Below, piece by piece: positions 23,472-37,365 of a stretch of 64,000 nucleotides of DNA. The stretch comes from Zootoca vivipara (lineage: Eukaryota), in assembly GCF_963506605.1 (NCBI RefSeq), contig NC_083280.1, positions 56,358,001-56,422,000 of the forward strand, in the 5' to 3' direction. Position numbers and translations under genes: made by a program. Numbering within the stretch: the first letter of the stretch is position 1; each line of letters opens with the position of its first letter. The notes beneath the pieces were generated by a model that worked only from the letters and a program-made list of their open reading frames with translations, did not search any database and had not been told where the DNA came from.

Positions 23472-26400
23472 CTTATAGAGTGCTATAGCTGCTGGTTGAA
23501 CTTCTGTCATTAGACAGATTCCTGACCAATTCCCCAGGATATTTGGTTGATGGCTGATCAATGGGTTGGGATTTGGTCCTCTGAGAACTTGAGATTCCTC
23601 TTTGGTGTTTTAAATGGGACATGCAGTAATGTTGCCTAAACATTTGAGTCCCTCTTCATAACCACTCCTGATTTGTAAAATTAAAAAGCTTTACCTTTTA
23701 TTATTATTATTATTCTGTCCACTAATGAACTTTGATTTGAGCCTGGAAACTATTTGATAGCCAATGCAGTCGTGCCAGAATTGGTGTTATATGTTTGGAC
23801 TATCCTGTCCCAGTCAACAATCTGGCTGCCATAGTCTGCACCAGCTGCAGTTTGGAAACTTCACATGTATAACAGATTGCAGAACTCCAGCCTAGAGGTT
23901 CCCAGAGCATAGACAATGGAGGTTAGTCTGTTCATGTATATTCTGCTTTTCATCCATGAATCCCAAGGCAACATTCATGTGGTTTCAAGACTGCCTTCCA
24001 TCTAGGTACCAGCCAGACACAGGCAGTGTAACTTCATCAAAGTTCCATCAAGGGTCTTCCCATTTTCTGGGACCAGGTCTCTAACACATAGAACAACTTA
24101 TCAAATAGATCACCATTGTTTTATGGGCTCGCCAAGAACATCCAGCAAGGATGTGGAGAAGTTCCAAGTGATAATGATCCACATGGTAACCAACTCCCAT
24201 TGTAGTCTCTGACTGCATACACTCTATCGTTTACTCTGCATCCAGTATCTATCCTGTTGTTTCTTATAAAATACTGCATTTTGATGCCTTTCCCCCCAAA
24301 CCAGCTTCAATATTAATTGAGAAAAAGAAACAATCTAGCTGCAATTTAAGCTGGTAATGTGTACACAGTCTCAGTGTAGAACACTTGGCAGAAGAAGCCT
24401 GGTTTGAGAAGCATTTGTCAGGGCAAGAACAACATGAGTCAGTCTAGGGGGGGGGGAGCCATTCGGTCTACTTAACACAAGCCAAAAGTCAATCTAGGGG
24501 ACAGAAACCATCTAATCTACTTAACACAGGCCTCTGGTTTGAGAACATTAGGAAAATGGACGCTTTTTTCTTGCAGAAACTGCCTGCATTACCCAGTGAA
24601 TGTATTGCCCATTTCTATTGAACATGTGCAAACAACATGAAAAAGTCAGAAGACAGACTGAAAGAATCACAAATTGCAGACCTCATGAGCATGGAGCTCT
24701 CTCCCCCGCGCTTCCTGCTCCTTGCTTTTCTCTGGAGTTCCTGCAGTTTCAAATGAGTGAATACATGACAGCTAGCCTTCTAAGATTTGACAAGTACCTA
24801 TGTACTGTGTGAAATGAATATCTGCTTCAAACAGAATAGGAAGAGGACGAATAACTTCCCAGGGGTCTGACAATATTCACTCTATTTTGAAACGTTAAAT
24901 TTCAAAATATACTAGGATTTCTACCTTGGGGCCAGTGCTGATTTAATACAGCTACTCTGTTAACCATGGTTAAGGGTTCAGGACTGGGTGGTAGTGGGCT
25001 TTCTCTTCCCCCAGTATCTCCTCTCTCAAACCAGCGTTTTCCCTGCTTTCTCTCACCAGCTTTAACCATAGTTTGAGGTTACACTGGCAGCAATACCGGT
25101 AGGGTATACCGGTAAGGGGGCACACAGGGTTTGAAGCTAGTAACAACACCCTGGCTATGTTCGAGTCCTGGTAACATTAACCATGGTTCAGATCAGTACA
25201 TAACCATGGTGAAGTTGTCAGGGGGAACATAAGCCAAATAAGAAGTACTAGGGAGAACTTCTACAGCCTAGTCACATTTACTTAAGCACAGTTCAGTATT
25301 CAGTTTTTGTTGAAGATATATCTGCTGCTATTAATGCATTTCCCTGTCATAAGCCTCTGATGGCAATTTCCACTCAGATGGTACAGAATACTTTGGGGGA
25401 GGGGACATACCACCAGTTCCTTATTGTCTTCTATATCCATTGGCTATTTTTGATGATGTCTTGAGTCCAAACAAGCATTGGGTTGGATATGTGTCTATGT
25501 CACTTGGAGTATGACCTGGGGTGGCACAAAGTTTGTTGTGTGCACAGCCTTATTCATTTTTAAATATTTTGATGTTTGTTGTATGCACATAGTAGGTTGA
25601 GTCAGGTCATATAATGGAATCAGAGTTTGGGCATGTCTTTGGAATCTTCAAAACCAAACCTACTGAGAAGCCCCAGTACTCCAACAACATGTGAACGGTA
25701 CTTGTTTCTATTAGACTTCAGTCCCATTCATTGTAGTGGAACTTTCTTCCATACAAGTGGCATAGATCTGTCAACCATTAGCATTTCCATATGTCCTTTT
25801 CAGTGCAGCTCAAATGCAGCAACTCTGATTTGTGTCTTATTTGCCTGTGACTCTGATTGATGCTCAAAAGAAGACAGCTGGCATTGCACAAGTACAGCAG
25901 AAGGTTATAGCCATGGAGACTTGTGTTTAAAATTCGTAACACAAGTCTGGGGATTTTTACAGAGAGGAAGAAACATATTGAGGCCTTTCATGTTCTTTGA
26001 ATTTACTCAGCTTGGAAGTCAGATAAATTGTGCAATCCCATTATGCTTATAATTGAGGCTAGTCGTTAGTCAAAGCTAAATAAGCCTGAATCTACATCTG
26101 TGCTGCATCACATCTCTTTATTCCAAAGTTATTCAAGTAAACAAATCAAGAGAAAGTATGTTGAATTTCCCTCTCACTGTCTGAATTTAACGAATGTATC
26201 TTACCTGTAGCTTAAACGTATTTCACTTGTGGCTTGAAATTACATTCCTTTATAGATCTTTTTTCTTACCAGGCTCATTCACTATCCCCATCCCTCAAAA
26301 ACATAAAAGGTTCTATATATGAATCTTGTAAATATCTACTGGTTTCAGGTAGCCATCCCTGGTACATAAAAGTCCTATTTTCTTGTGAGGATGAAACTAT

Positions 26401-27024
26401 TTCATCATTACTAGGGCTTACTGGGGCTCCCTTGTAGTTAATCATACAGCACAAAGGAGCATAAACATGCCTGAGGAGCACATGAGTAGGTGGTGTAACT
26501 TCTCAAAGACTAGACAGGGTAAATAGAAATGTTGGCTGATAAACTGAAAACAGAAAAGCAAGGCTTTCAGAGTGAAAGCAACCCGAAGAAATGGGCAAAG
26601 TAGGTCAGCAGATAAACAAGATCTCCCTTTTCCCTTTCTCAAATATTATGGGCACTCCCGATATTGAAGGGAATCCAGTTCATTTACAATTCTGAAATTT
26701 TCCACAGGTACCCTCCCTTTTTCTTAACATTTATTTGCTAGGTTCACAACTAGGCCACAAGTAAGGTTTCAAAAAACGTTTCTGTGGTCTGGAAATCAAA
26801 CCAAGAAAACTTGTCCTCCAAAGAACCCTGAAGAGATGCTGTGGGTCATCTTTGAGCAGTTTTGCACTTAAATTCACTGTAGTCACTATTTAATTTAACT
26901 ATTTAATTTGTCACCATGCAAAGATGTATACATGGAGACACGTTTCTACATGCTGCTGTAATAACATGCAACTACATACCATGACAGTATGAAAACTACC
27001 CCAGTCTCTTTTTGCTAAGTCAAA

Positions 27025-27192
27025 CAGAGTGGTAGAAGGCATGCAAAAGATCTTCATTTCATTTCTCAGCATCTCCAGGTAGGGCTGGGACAGACTGCTA
27101 TCTGAAACTTGGGAGACCACCTGCTGGTCCCTACAAACAATGCTAGTACAATAGTCTGACATGGTATAAGACAGTACCAGTTCCCTATGTTC
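27025..27192 (+). mobile_element. Squam3-like SINE
   Basis: GCATCTCCAGGTAGGGCTGGGA..CTGAAAC..TATGTTCCT. Confidence 0.65.
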
Positions 27193-28752
27193 CTATCCCT
27201 AATGAATTTTAAATCCAGGAGTTTGTCCTTTAGCAATTGCAAAATGGTACAGTCAATGGCAGCAAGTAGATTAGCAAATAAATGGATGGGAAGGACAATT
27301 CCAACTCTGTTATTTTCAACTGCACAATACAAGATGAGGATGCTTTTCCATCTCATTTCTGAAACAATTCTGCCTTTGTAACCACTAAACACTGTGCTGA
27401 TCACCAGGAAATGGAATTTTCTGAGATTTTAACTGTATTGAATTAGCTGTATTAACTAAACAATGAGCAATGGAGGCTGGTGATGCAGTCCTTTCTGAAA
27501 CTTGATAGACCTAGTAGTTAGATTGGTGAAAGAAACAGCTGCATCTCTTTGGCAATATTAAGAACTCTCCACAATACTTCAGAGAGCCTGTTTAACTGCA
27601 TCAGCTATCCAACTGCATCAAGTACCCATTTAAAGGATCATTTAATAAGCAGTGCAATTATCTGCATTTCAAATCAATTCACACACACCTGACATCTTGA
27701 TGGAATTGTCAGGTGTTTTTTTTTTAAAAAAAGTCTGAGTTCATAATCCCATTGCACAGATTAGTTTCAGGCCCACCTGTTCAGCCATCGGCCATATGCA
27801 GCATGCATACCAATGCAGGCTTCCTTGTGGTCCTCACTAGCTGGATAGGGAATCATGCAGTCTTTGTCCATTCATGATTCCCCAGCCTGATTTGGCAGCC
27901 AGGCCTGAGAGTTCAGAGCTGCTGCATCAAGCAATCAATGCTAGTGCTGATTGCTTGATGGAAAGCAGCAGAATGGATGAAATGCCCCTGATCCCCTTAA
28001 ATTTCTAATCCACATGACTGATGATTGTTCAACCGGGGATATGCACGCATGACCTCACTTCCTCTGGATAGAGCCAGTGGCTACAAATGGCAAATGTTCT
28101 TCATTGCTTCTTATTAAAAGCACATCCTCTCCTGCAACTTATTGTTCTAGGACTACAGTCCTTTCCAAATATATTGTCACATTCTCCTGGAATCCCTGGA
28201 ATCTTGCACCGCTCAGAGATTGGGGTGGCATGAAACACTGTTTTTCGATATGAGCAAGAGTCTCCACTATTTCTATGCTTGGTCATCCATCCCTTCTGAC
28301 TCTGCTGTAGGAAAACCTTGCTGCACTCTCTAAAACATCTGTGACCACAGTCAATGATACAAATATTGCAGTGGGAATTATAATAGCCAAAGGACATAAT
28401 CTTGGGTCCTGTTTCCAGCTAGTGAGAGCATTTATTGACTTCCTTACATCCCTTAAAGTTATGAGTGATAATCAATATGGTTAGAAATCCAATCTGAGCA
28501 AATATAATGAGTTGTGAATGGAATAATATTATTCTTCACAAGCTTTATGATGTTGTGCTGCTCAGTGGATTCTCCTGTCTTAAAATACCCACTTCCCAGA
28601 TCCACTTGTCATGGGATTTTTGTTGCTAAATTACATGGGCTGCAAATCACCCATAATGTATGCATGTATTTTTCAACCCATTTGAATTTAAAGCATATGT
28701 AAGTAGTGACTGGATCTGCTCAGGCCCCTACTCAAGATGCAATACACTAGAA

Positions 28753-28888
28753 CAGGCATCCCCAAACTTCGGCCCTCCAGATGTTTTGGACTACAATTCC
28801 CATCATCCCTGACCACTGGTCCTGTTAGCTAGGGATCATGGGAGTTGTAGGCCAAAACACCTGGAGGGCCGCAGTTTGGGGGTGCCTG
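28753..28888. mobile_element. 136-bp hAT MITE
   Basis: TIR CAGGCATCCCCAAACT; perfect TSD CACTAGAA. Confidence 0.95.
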
Positions 28889-29502
28889 CACTAGAACAAT
28901 TCACTAGAAATTCATGTACTACAGCCCCAAATGAGTATATTGTCTATTTAAATAAAGCTCAATGCAAAGACAGATTGTTGTTTTATTTATTTTTAAGTTG
29001 TTTTATGCTCTGGGAAGGTGTGAACAATGAAGAGCAGGTTATAAAGAGAAGCTGAGGATGGCATACTTGGCTCTTCTTCCCATTCCCCATGTTATCTTCA
29101 CAACAATCCTGTGAGGTAGTCCAGGCTAAAGTCACCTAGTAAGATTCAAAGCTGAACTAGATTTGATCTTCCTAGTCATGGTTCATCATTACTAACCATT
29201 GTGCCTACTTTATGGAAAACTTTCATCTTTGTACTCATGTATCTATGAAAAAACCCTGCACAAGGGGCTCCTCATTGGCCTCTTTTTTATATTCTTCTAT
29301 TTGTTCTATTGATTTCCGTTCTAATATTTTTAAAAAGCTCAAAGTGAAAACTGTTGAGACAGGATACATAACTGTGAGGAATCATACTGGGGATGTATTT
29401 TTAGCCCATTGTGGCTTCTTATGATCAATGAACTTCATGATTAACACAGGAATAAAAGGCATGTTCAGACTCCTGTGGATACCCAGCATGCACTGTGATC
29501 AC

Positions 29503-29687
29503 AGGAACATAGGAAACTGCTTTTTACCTTTAGTCCATCAGGATCGTCATCTATACTAACCGCCAACAGCTCTCAAGAGTTTCAGACAGGTGTCTTATCC
29601 CAGCCCTACCTGAAGATGCCAAGGAGTGAATCTGGACACTCTTGCACACAAAACATTTCCCCATCCAGTCAACTATTGTCCTTCCCC
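29503..29687 (-). mobile_element. Squam3-like SINE
   Basis: AGGAACATAGGAA tail; GTTTCAGACAGG..CCCAGCCCTACCTG. Confidence 0.65.
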
Positions 29688-30103
29688 TCACTCCTCTTCT
29701 GCTCTCGGCATATGGCACACTGTAGACGAGATGATACAGGTTAATATCCCCATAAGGTAGTGAGCTTCAGCAGATCCTGCTGTTCTTCATTTAACAGCTC
29801 TAATATCCTATTACTATGTCTCTATAGGATTATGGGATGTCCGAGATATACTGGAAATGATCCCTCAGCATTTTACTCATAATTATTAGGTTATTAAGTA
29901 AATGAGGCGTGCATTCATTTCAGAATAGCATGGAAGAAATGTGTGGATTGTGAGCTTGTGCTGTAGATGATAACAGCCAAAGAACTCTGCATTTGCCATA
30001 TGCTACTGCAGCCAAAATCCTAGAGGGTAACAGGAAGCAGCAGGCTCATCTGAATGGCCACCGGTTTCAGTGGCAGTGAAAAGACCAAAGCTGAGAAACA
30101 TTA

Positions 30104-30539
30104 TGTCAGGGTTTATTGTGACTACTCTTGAGTAACGACCATCCACATGCTTGTCTTTCAGACGTTTTTATTGGTGCACATTATTTACAGTGTAATGGAT
30201 TGCTCATTCCATGTCTACCCGCTCGAGTCAGATTCCTGCACTAATTCCTTCCGCGTTCGCGACCAGCATAAAAGCCTCGGAACTGAGAAGCGCCTCCCTT
30301 TCCTCCTCTTTCTCAATTCCTGCGTCGGAGGGATGGGTCTTCTATCTGACCTATTCCTGTCCACTCTTTCCACCTCCCTCTCTTCCTGCCTATGGAGCAG
30401 GGGTTCTTTAGTGTTGCCAGAGCCCTGGCACTCCCTCTCCGTTTCCTGACTCACCCCTTCAGACCTCTCGCTCTCATGACTGCTTGGAGACGGGCTGCTT
30501 CTGATGGGGGGGGGTTCTCTATAATCCCTCCCCCTCACA
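30104..30539 (-). mobile_element. Solo LTR (Gypsy-like), 436 bp
   Basis: TG...CA ends with short TIR TGTCAGGG/CCCTCACA; perfect 5-bp TSD CATTA; AATAAA on minus strand at 30167-30172; CpGs retained. Confidence 0.88.
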
Positions 30540-32623
30540 CATTACATTCGGTTTTAGCTCCATGAGCATCATGTGTTAAGAAGGTGAGCTGATTCAGTAC
30601 CTCCAGGGTACCAAGCGAAACTGAATGAGCATCACATTTCAAAGACCCAGAGCAAACTGGGGCAGTGGATCAGGAATCAAAATTCTTATGTGTAACGTAA
30701 CTTCAGACGTTTTCATCAATGGTCTCAGGAATGCGTGTAGTTACAGCCAACCACCTCGTTGTTACAAAATATGTTTTTGAACCCTAGTAGCGGCAGGGAA
30801 TAAGTGCAACTATGACATTAGAAGCTTAAGAAGCCACCTTATCTAAATATGCAGCTGATTGGATATGCTCTGGTTTAATGACAAAATTAAATGAATATGA
30901 CTCATAAAGGCTTGTTAGATAGAGCTGGTGGGAAAATATTCACTCAGGCTATGCTGTATGATAATTTTTTCAGACTGTGATCAAATCATGAAATCCTTAA
31001 AAGAACACCTGGAGTGTGAAAGGTTTAAGTTTAATAGCTTTGTAAAATCTTGCCCAGCAGGCAAGGATAATAGCTTAATGTTATTTGCATTTAAAACCTG
31101 AGATTTGGGATTCTCTGCAATAAAACAGTAACTGTAAAGAATCTTTTTAAGAATAGGAAGAATGCTTTAGTAAACAATATCTTTTTTATAAACATGTATT
31201 AGTGTGATTTTATAATGTGCTTTTTGTGAAGAAGTTTTAATTTTTTAGCACTGACAAAAATAATGTATGGCAGAATTTTGCTAGCATTTCATAATCATGC
31301 TATATTATATAACATAATGCATAACAAAAAACCACATTTCTAAAATTTACACATTCCTTTCATAACAAGTTCTATACACTGAGATGTTTTTGAGGTTCAA
31401 TACAACTAAAAAATAGCATTTAACATCTGAATCAGTAAAGTTGTCTTTGCAGTATGGTTCCAGTTAACTTTGATGCTATCCTAACTCTCTCTTTTCTTCT
31501 TGGTTCTTTGGTAATGAGTTACATTGGAAATAATTGCAAAATACTGTATTTTATCCAGTCACCTTTTCAGTGCATGTTAGTTTTAAAAGCACCCAAGTTT
31601 TTGTACGTTTGTGTTTTCCTGGCTATATTGACATCCCAAACACAGCTGTAATCTGCTAGAGAGGTCTATCTTTCTGAGATGAGCCTTGTTGTAGGTGGCA
31701 ATGCTTTAGATGGTTTTATATATCATTTAAAATAAATCTATAATATACTTAGTATATTATAAATCTATAATTTATACTTAGTATAAAATGAATAGTATAC
31801 ACTATTCATCAGTGTTAGGGAAATACCAAAGGTAGTTTTCAAAATCTAACTTTGTAATAAGTATTAAAGGGGACACATGAAACTTCCACTACAAGAGACC
31901 CTAAGTCTCTAGACTTGTTCCATCAGGCCCAAATAGTATCAACAGTATTATTAAAGTATATTCTTCCATACTTTAATGCAAACAATGCATATGTTTTACT
32001 GCATCTGCACTACAGCATGTCAGTTTTTCTAATCAAACTCTACTTGATTTCCCATTGGAAAATGCAGTCATGATTTTGAGACGTTTAAGCCCTGACTACA
32101 GTGGCTCATTAGCTGCACATCATCCATTCAGGGAAAGCTCTGATGAACAATAATGATCCATTCAGTTCCACGGTTGCTTCTACATAATAATAAAAAGCAC
32201 TGTGCTATAAAATATTAACAAATTTGGCCTTATGAAAGCAATAGGATTGTACTTAGTCAAATGCCCTTCTGCTAATTGCACCGTTGCAAAAATGCCGCAG
32301 TAAAAGCAGTCTGAGAGAAACTTCCCAAGGTGTTTTGCAATGTGGCAAAGGACAGGAAGTACAAGCCTCACATTTTGCCTTCGAAAAGTAGGCACAACTG
32401 AAAGCAATGCTGTGTATAGCTTTGGATAGATAAAACCAGTTTTATCCTTCCAAATAGTTTTAGAGTTTTTCCGTGTACATCCAGTAAACCCTCAATCTGG
32501 GTTGCTTTGTAATCCCTAGTAGTCCCTACTAATTTCTGCACAGAGCAGCAATATCTCCTAACAGAACATACATCAGCCAGGGGAGGGATGTGATCTGAAA
32601 ATGACATGAGGAAAGGGTTAAAG

Positions 32624-32658
<35 letters not shown>

Positions 32659-33231
32659 CTAAAATAGTCTTGCTTCCTTCTGGCAGCTATTTACTTAAAT
32701 GTGAAGGGTCAGCAGATCCAGTCAAAGATCCCCATCATCTTATCTAGGTTCTGATGTGTGACACAAAACTGTAATGTACAAGTGGGGTTTGTTTGTTTTC
32801 TGTAAGCCTGTCAAGTATTTAGAGCCACAGCAAACATGATAGAATACTAAAACAAATACAGCTGACATTTGGCACTGATGGGAACTTTTTCCTAAGGCTT
32901 CCAGCCCTGCACAGCAGCCAATCTCCATGTTGATCTTGGTGGAGGAGTGAAGTGACAAGTCTGCCCTTCCCATGTGCAATGAGAATTGAGCTTCCTGCCC
33001 CTCTAATTCATTAAGGAAAACCAGATACATAGCTGCCTGCTACATATTAAGCAGTGTCTAGGCAAGTTCTAAGAAACAATGCATTTTAATTTGCCAAGGA
33101 TAGCACATGAATAAGACCAACTGTTTTATTACCAATTTTATTGCTAACCATAGCATCTCATTAGGGTCAACATTCCTTGCCATGGTTGATTTTGCCTTTA
33201 AAAGCATCCAGAAGGTTAGTATAAGAAGAGC

Positions 33232-34140
33232 CATCTAGTTCAGCATCCTGTTCTCACAGTGGCCAACCAGATGCCCATGGAAAGCCCACAGGCAAGACAT
33301 GGACCCAAGAGCACCCTAGCCACTGACATTCAGAGGCACACTGGCTCCATTACTGGTAGTCGTACTCAGCCATTATGACCTTGATAATCTTCTCCTCCAT
33401 GAATTTTTCTAACCCCCCTTTAAAAGCTAGCCAACTTAGTAACCATCACTGTGTCTTGTGGTAGTGAATTACATTTTGTCTCTCCTGGATCTTCAAGTAC
33501 TCAGCTTCAATGATTGACCTTGGGTTCTAGTATTACGAGAGGGGAAAACCTCTCTCTATCCCAGGTCCATGGTCCATGTGCTCTGGTCCATGGGGTCACG
33601 AAGACTAAACAACAACAATCCCAGGGATAGAAAGATGGCCCTCCAGATGTTGCTGGACTACAACTCCCATCATCCCTGAACATTGACCATGCTTGCTGAT
33701 GGAAGTTGTAGTTAAGGAACATCTGAAAAGTCAAAGGTTCTCCACCCCTGCTTTCTCCACACCAAGCAGTTTTATGTCCCTTCTTACTCATATTCTTTCT
33801 AACCTAAGAAGTCCAAAATGTTGCAACCTCTCCTTGTACAAAAGCAGTTCTAAACCCTTTGATCATTTTGGCTATTTCTGAACCTTTTCCAGGTCTACAA
33901 TATTGGCTTGGGGGGGGGGATAAAGTGACCAGAACTGTATGCAATATTCCAAGTATTGACAGCTTCATTTTCAATCCCTTTTCTCCTCAAGACAGAATTT
34001 GTCTTTTTTACAGCTGCCACATGCGGAGTCAAAATTTCACTGAGCTATCCATCACAACCACAATCACAAAATCTCATTCCTGGTCAGTCAATGCTAGTTC
34101 CAACACAATTCACAAATATGTGAAGTTACAAAAAATTGTC
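33232..34140 (-). mobile_element. Old CR1 3' region, interrupted at about 33561-33750
   Basis: CATCTAGTTCAGCATCCTGTTCTCACAGTGGCCAACCAGATGCC and GACCAGAACTG..AATATTCCAAG are CR1 antisense motifs. Confidence 0.7.
33566..33617 (+). mobile_element. 52-bp BovB extreme 3' insertion
   Basis: GTGCTCTGGTCCATGGGGTCACGAAGA..CTAAACAACAAC; TSD ATCCCAGG. Confidence 0.85.
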
Positions 34141-35389
34141 TCAGTGTGCAGGTGGCATGATCCGAATGGTATTCTGATCACATCTTTTGAAAGCCTATTT
34201 GCAAGCAGAGAAACCCCTGTCAGTGGTCACATTCACCCCATACATTTAAAGTGTTACCATGCCACCTTCAACAGTCATGACCTCTCCCAAAGAATTTTGG
34301 GAGCTGTAGTTTGTTAGGGGTGCTAATAGTTGTTACAGGAGCCTATAATCCCCCTTACAGAGTTACAATTCTCAGTTTTTTTGTGTGAAGACAGATTTAT
34401 TGTTAAATCAGTCTGATAATCATAGCTTAGGTGGATATAGGGTTCTTCTCTGAAATTCCTTTCCTCGGTCAGCTTTTAAATGTATAGAAGGGTAGGGGGA
34501 AGTTCATAACCTTACATCTCTTGCAAACAAACCTTACTTGGACAGTCTACAGTTGCCTAAAGGAAACATTTATAAAAAGGTAAAAGCCCTACAGATGTCT
34601 TTTTAAGACTTGTTTTGCAGCCCCCTGAGATGCATAAAAATAAATCTTCCTCTTCCAAATCTTTCTGCCTAGAGAGAGAGATGTTTTTACCCCCTACCAG
34701 CTGGATCACAGGCAAGCAATACATGCTGCCTATAAAGTCCTGGAAGAACAACCACTTGAACGCCACCAGCAAAACAGCATTCCCAGATTAAAATGCAATA
34801 AAAGAGAAATATGTGATAATGAAACCTCAACAGCTCACCGCAAGATGCTTACCAAAACATTATGCTTCTGAAGGATTCCAGCCTCTTGTCTTCTTTTTCT
34901 TTTTCACACCAGATGGTCAAGGGACTCAATGTCTCAGTTTATATAATGTTCAGACTTTGCTATCGTGAGGCCTGTCTCAGATTCAATTTTCACCTAAGCT
35001 AGTTCTTTTCGATGTTATGAAAAAGGCAATAACTAATATGTCTGTGGGAGTTTTGCTATCACCATAGGCTTTTCAGGGAGAAAACAAAAATGTGCCTGTT
35101 CTGAGGGTTTATTTGGGGACCACAGAAAACATTTGCTAGGAACATTTTAACATATGTCATGTCTTTATTTTATGCCTTGGAAATATAAGCTCATCCTTTT
35201 ATCCTTATTTCCACAAGCATTGTTTTCGAATTAACACTTCCATTGGACTTATCAACTGAAAGTGTAAGTAACCAAAGGTCATTTAAAGATTATTGTTTAC
35301 ATTGTTCTGAGAAAAGCCTATCATTTTCATTAGGGACTTTCCTCTTTAAACTAATGGTTTTCTATTTAAGAGTAAGGCATAACATATTT

Positions 35390-35449
35390 CAGGCATAGGC
35401 AAACTCGGGAATTGTGGTCCCAAAACATCTGGAGGGACGAGTATGCCTG
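35390..35449. mobile_element. 60-bp minimal hAT MITE
   Basis: CAGGCATAGGCAAACTC...TATGCCTG; perfect TSD ACATATTT. Confidence 0.88.
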
Positions 35450-35523
35450 ACATATTTCTATTTTTGAGGAGGGGTGTTTGTTTTGATTGGCCACTTCTCC
35501 TGTACGGTATTAGCCATTAAACA

Positions 35524-35840
35524 GCCTCAGCCCAGTATACCTGAAGGGGCGTCTCCACCCCTATCATAGAGCCCAGACACTGAGGTCCAGTGCTGAGGGC
35601 CTTCTGGCGGTTCCCTTATTGCAAGGTTACAGGGAACCAGGCAGAGGGCCTTCTCGGTGGTGGCGCTTGTCCTGTGGAACGCCCTCCCAACAGATGTCAA
35701 GGAAATAAACAACTATCTGACTTTTAGAAGACATAAGAAGGGAGCCCTGTTTGATGTTTTATTGTGCTTTTAATATGCTGCTGGAAGCCGCCCAGAGTGG
35801 CTGGGGAGGCCCGGCCAGATGTGTGGGGTATAAGTAATAA
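35524..35840 (+). mobile_element. L2 3' fragment
   Basis: Homologous to 10500-10860. Confidence 0.88.
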
Positions 35841-36932
35841 ATCATCATCATCAACATACATTTTCAAATAGTCTCCTATGTGCTCAGAATCCCCACACTT
35901 TAAGCTCTCTGCAGTGTGGCTTCCAGTCTGGAAGCAGTTCTTGGTGTGCCATGTGACTATATAACATCACAAAGTCCAGGGGTTGAGGAACCCCAAGGGG
36001 CAAACTCATAGGTGCCAGCTGCTAGGGCTGAGGCACTTTTGCCCCTGCCCCCAGTGTTCAGAAGGTGTTCAGCTTGACCCCTGGGCTCCTCACAACGTTG
36101 CGCGTGTGACATCAGGATCGGGGGCCCTCAATCATCTTGAGAAGATAGCACCTCTGGATACACTCCCTTCAAGGAAACATGCCAAGGACCACACACCAGT
36201 GTTGGGCAGAGTCAGAGGCAAAAGTGGCCAGAGCAACCAGTATACCTGTGTACTGTAAGCTAGTTTCTACACATATTCACACATCCCTCTCCACCCTGGC
36301 ATGACTAGAGTCATGACCAGGGTTCAAGGACACATTCCAGCCAGGCAAAAACACTCAAGGAAAATGTGCAACAATGCCAGTGAGGGCATGGTATGGGGAG
36401 AAAGAGTAGCCTGAAAAAAATCCCAAGAGCCAGACAGAGAGGCCCAGAGGACCACATGGCATAGTCACTTGGAGATCTAGGGAAGTGCTACAAAGCTAGA
36501 AGCCTGCATGCACAGCTCTTCATGCTACTACGAACACATGTGGAACTTTTTACTACAATGTGGTTTTTTTAATGTTTATGTTTATTAAACATCATAGAAA
36601 ATAATAAAATGGTAAACAAAACTAACAGCAAACACACATGGCTTCCCCCAGGTAATTAATGTACATCTCTTCTGAAAAAAAGGATCAAATGGATCAATGT
36701 ACACATTCTTTATGCTCTTGTCCTAACAGGTTGGCCCAAATTTACCATGTGTTAACAACAATAAAGTCCTCTCAGCCACCTCATACAGTAAAATAAGGTA
36801 AGCGCAACCTCATGTCCTTCAAAAAAGTTATTTGATATCAAAACTTCAGCTGCTGCCTGTGACATAGTGGTTAGAACGTTGGGCTAGGACCTGGGAGAGC
36901 AGGGTTTGAATCATCATCATCATTTTTAGTTA

Positions 36933-37042
36933 CCGTATTTACTCAAATCTAATACAGCTACTCACCTTTTGGGGCCAAATTACATTGCAAAAATTAAGGT
37001 GCACATTAAATTCAATGGTGCATTAGACTCGAGTAAATACTG
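36933..37042. mobile_element. Tigger/pogo-type MITE with CCG/CAG ends
   Basis: TA-CCGTATTTACTCAAATCTAAT...ATTAGACTCGAGTAAATACTG-TA. Confidence 0.85.
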
Positions 37043-37365
37043 TATACTTCGCCCATCTGGCTGGGTTGCCCCAGCCACTCTAGGCACCTTCCTGCACACA
37101 TAAAATAATCATAAAACATCAAACATGAATAGTAACAATCAGATCCTATATAAAAACTCACAATGACTTTAAAATAAACAACTTATATCAAATAAAGCAA
37201 TATTCAATTATCCATTAGAATCCCATAGTAAACAATAAAATTAAACATCAGCAAATAATAATTTGCACTTACCAATTACAGTAAAGAATTACTAATCTAT
37301 AATCAAGGAAATAACAGCAAATCACAATGCATGAAATACCACAAAACATACAAGATCATGTAAAA

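Noticed and set aside
27200-27404. ORF with faint RT-like wording (VGIVLPIHLF..LAAID)
   Set aside because: Similarity too weak to call without a profile search
28101-28397. Cys-rich 98-aa ORF with a possible upstream acceptor
   Set aside because: No recognisable domain spacing; part overlaps MITE-like sequence (GGACTACAG..CTGGAATCC)
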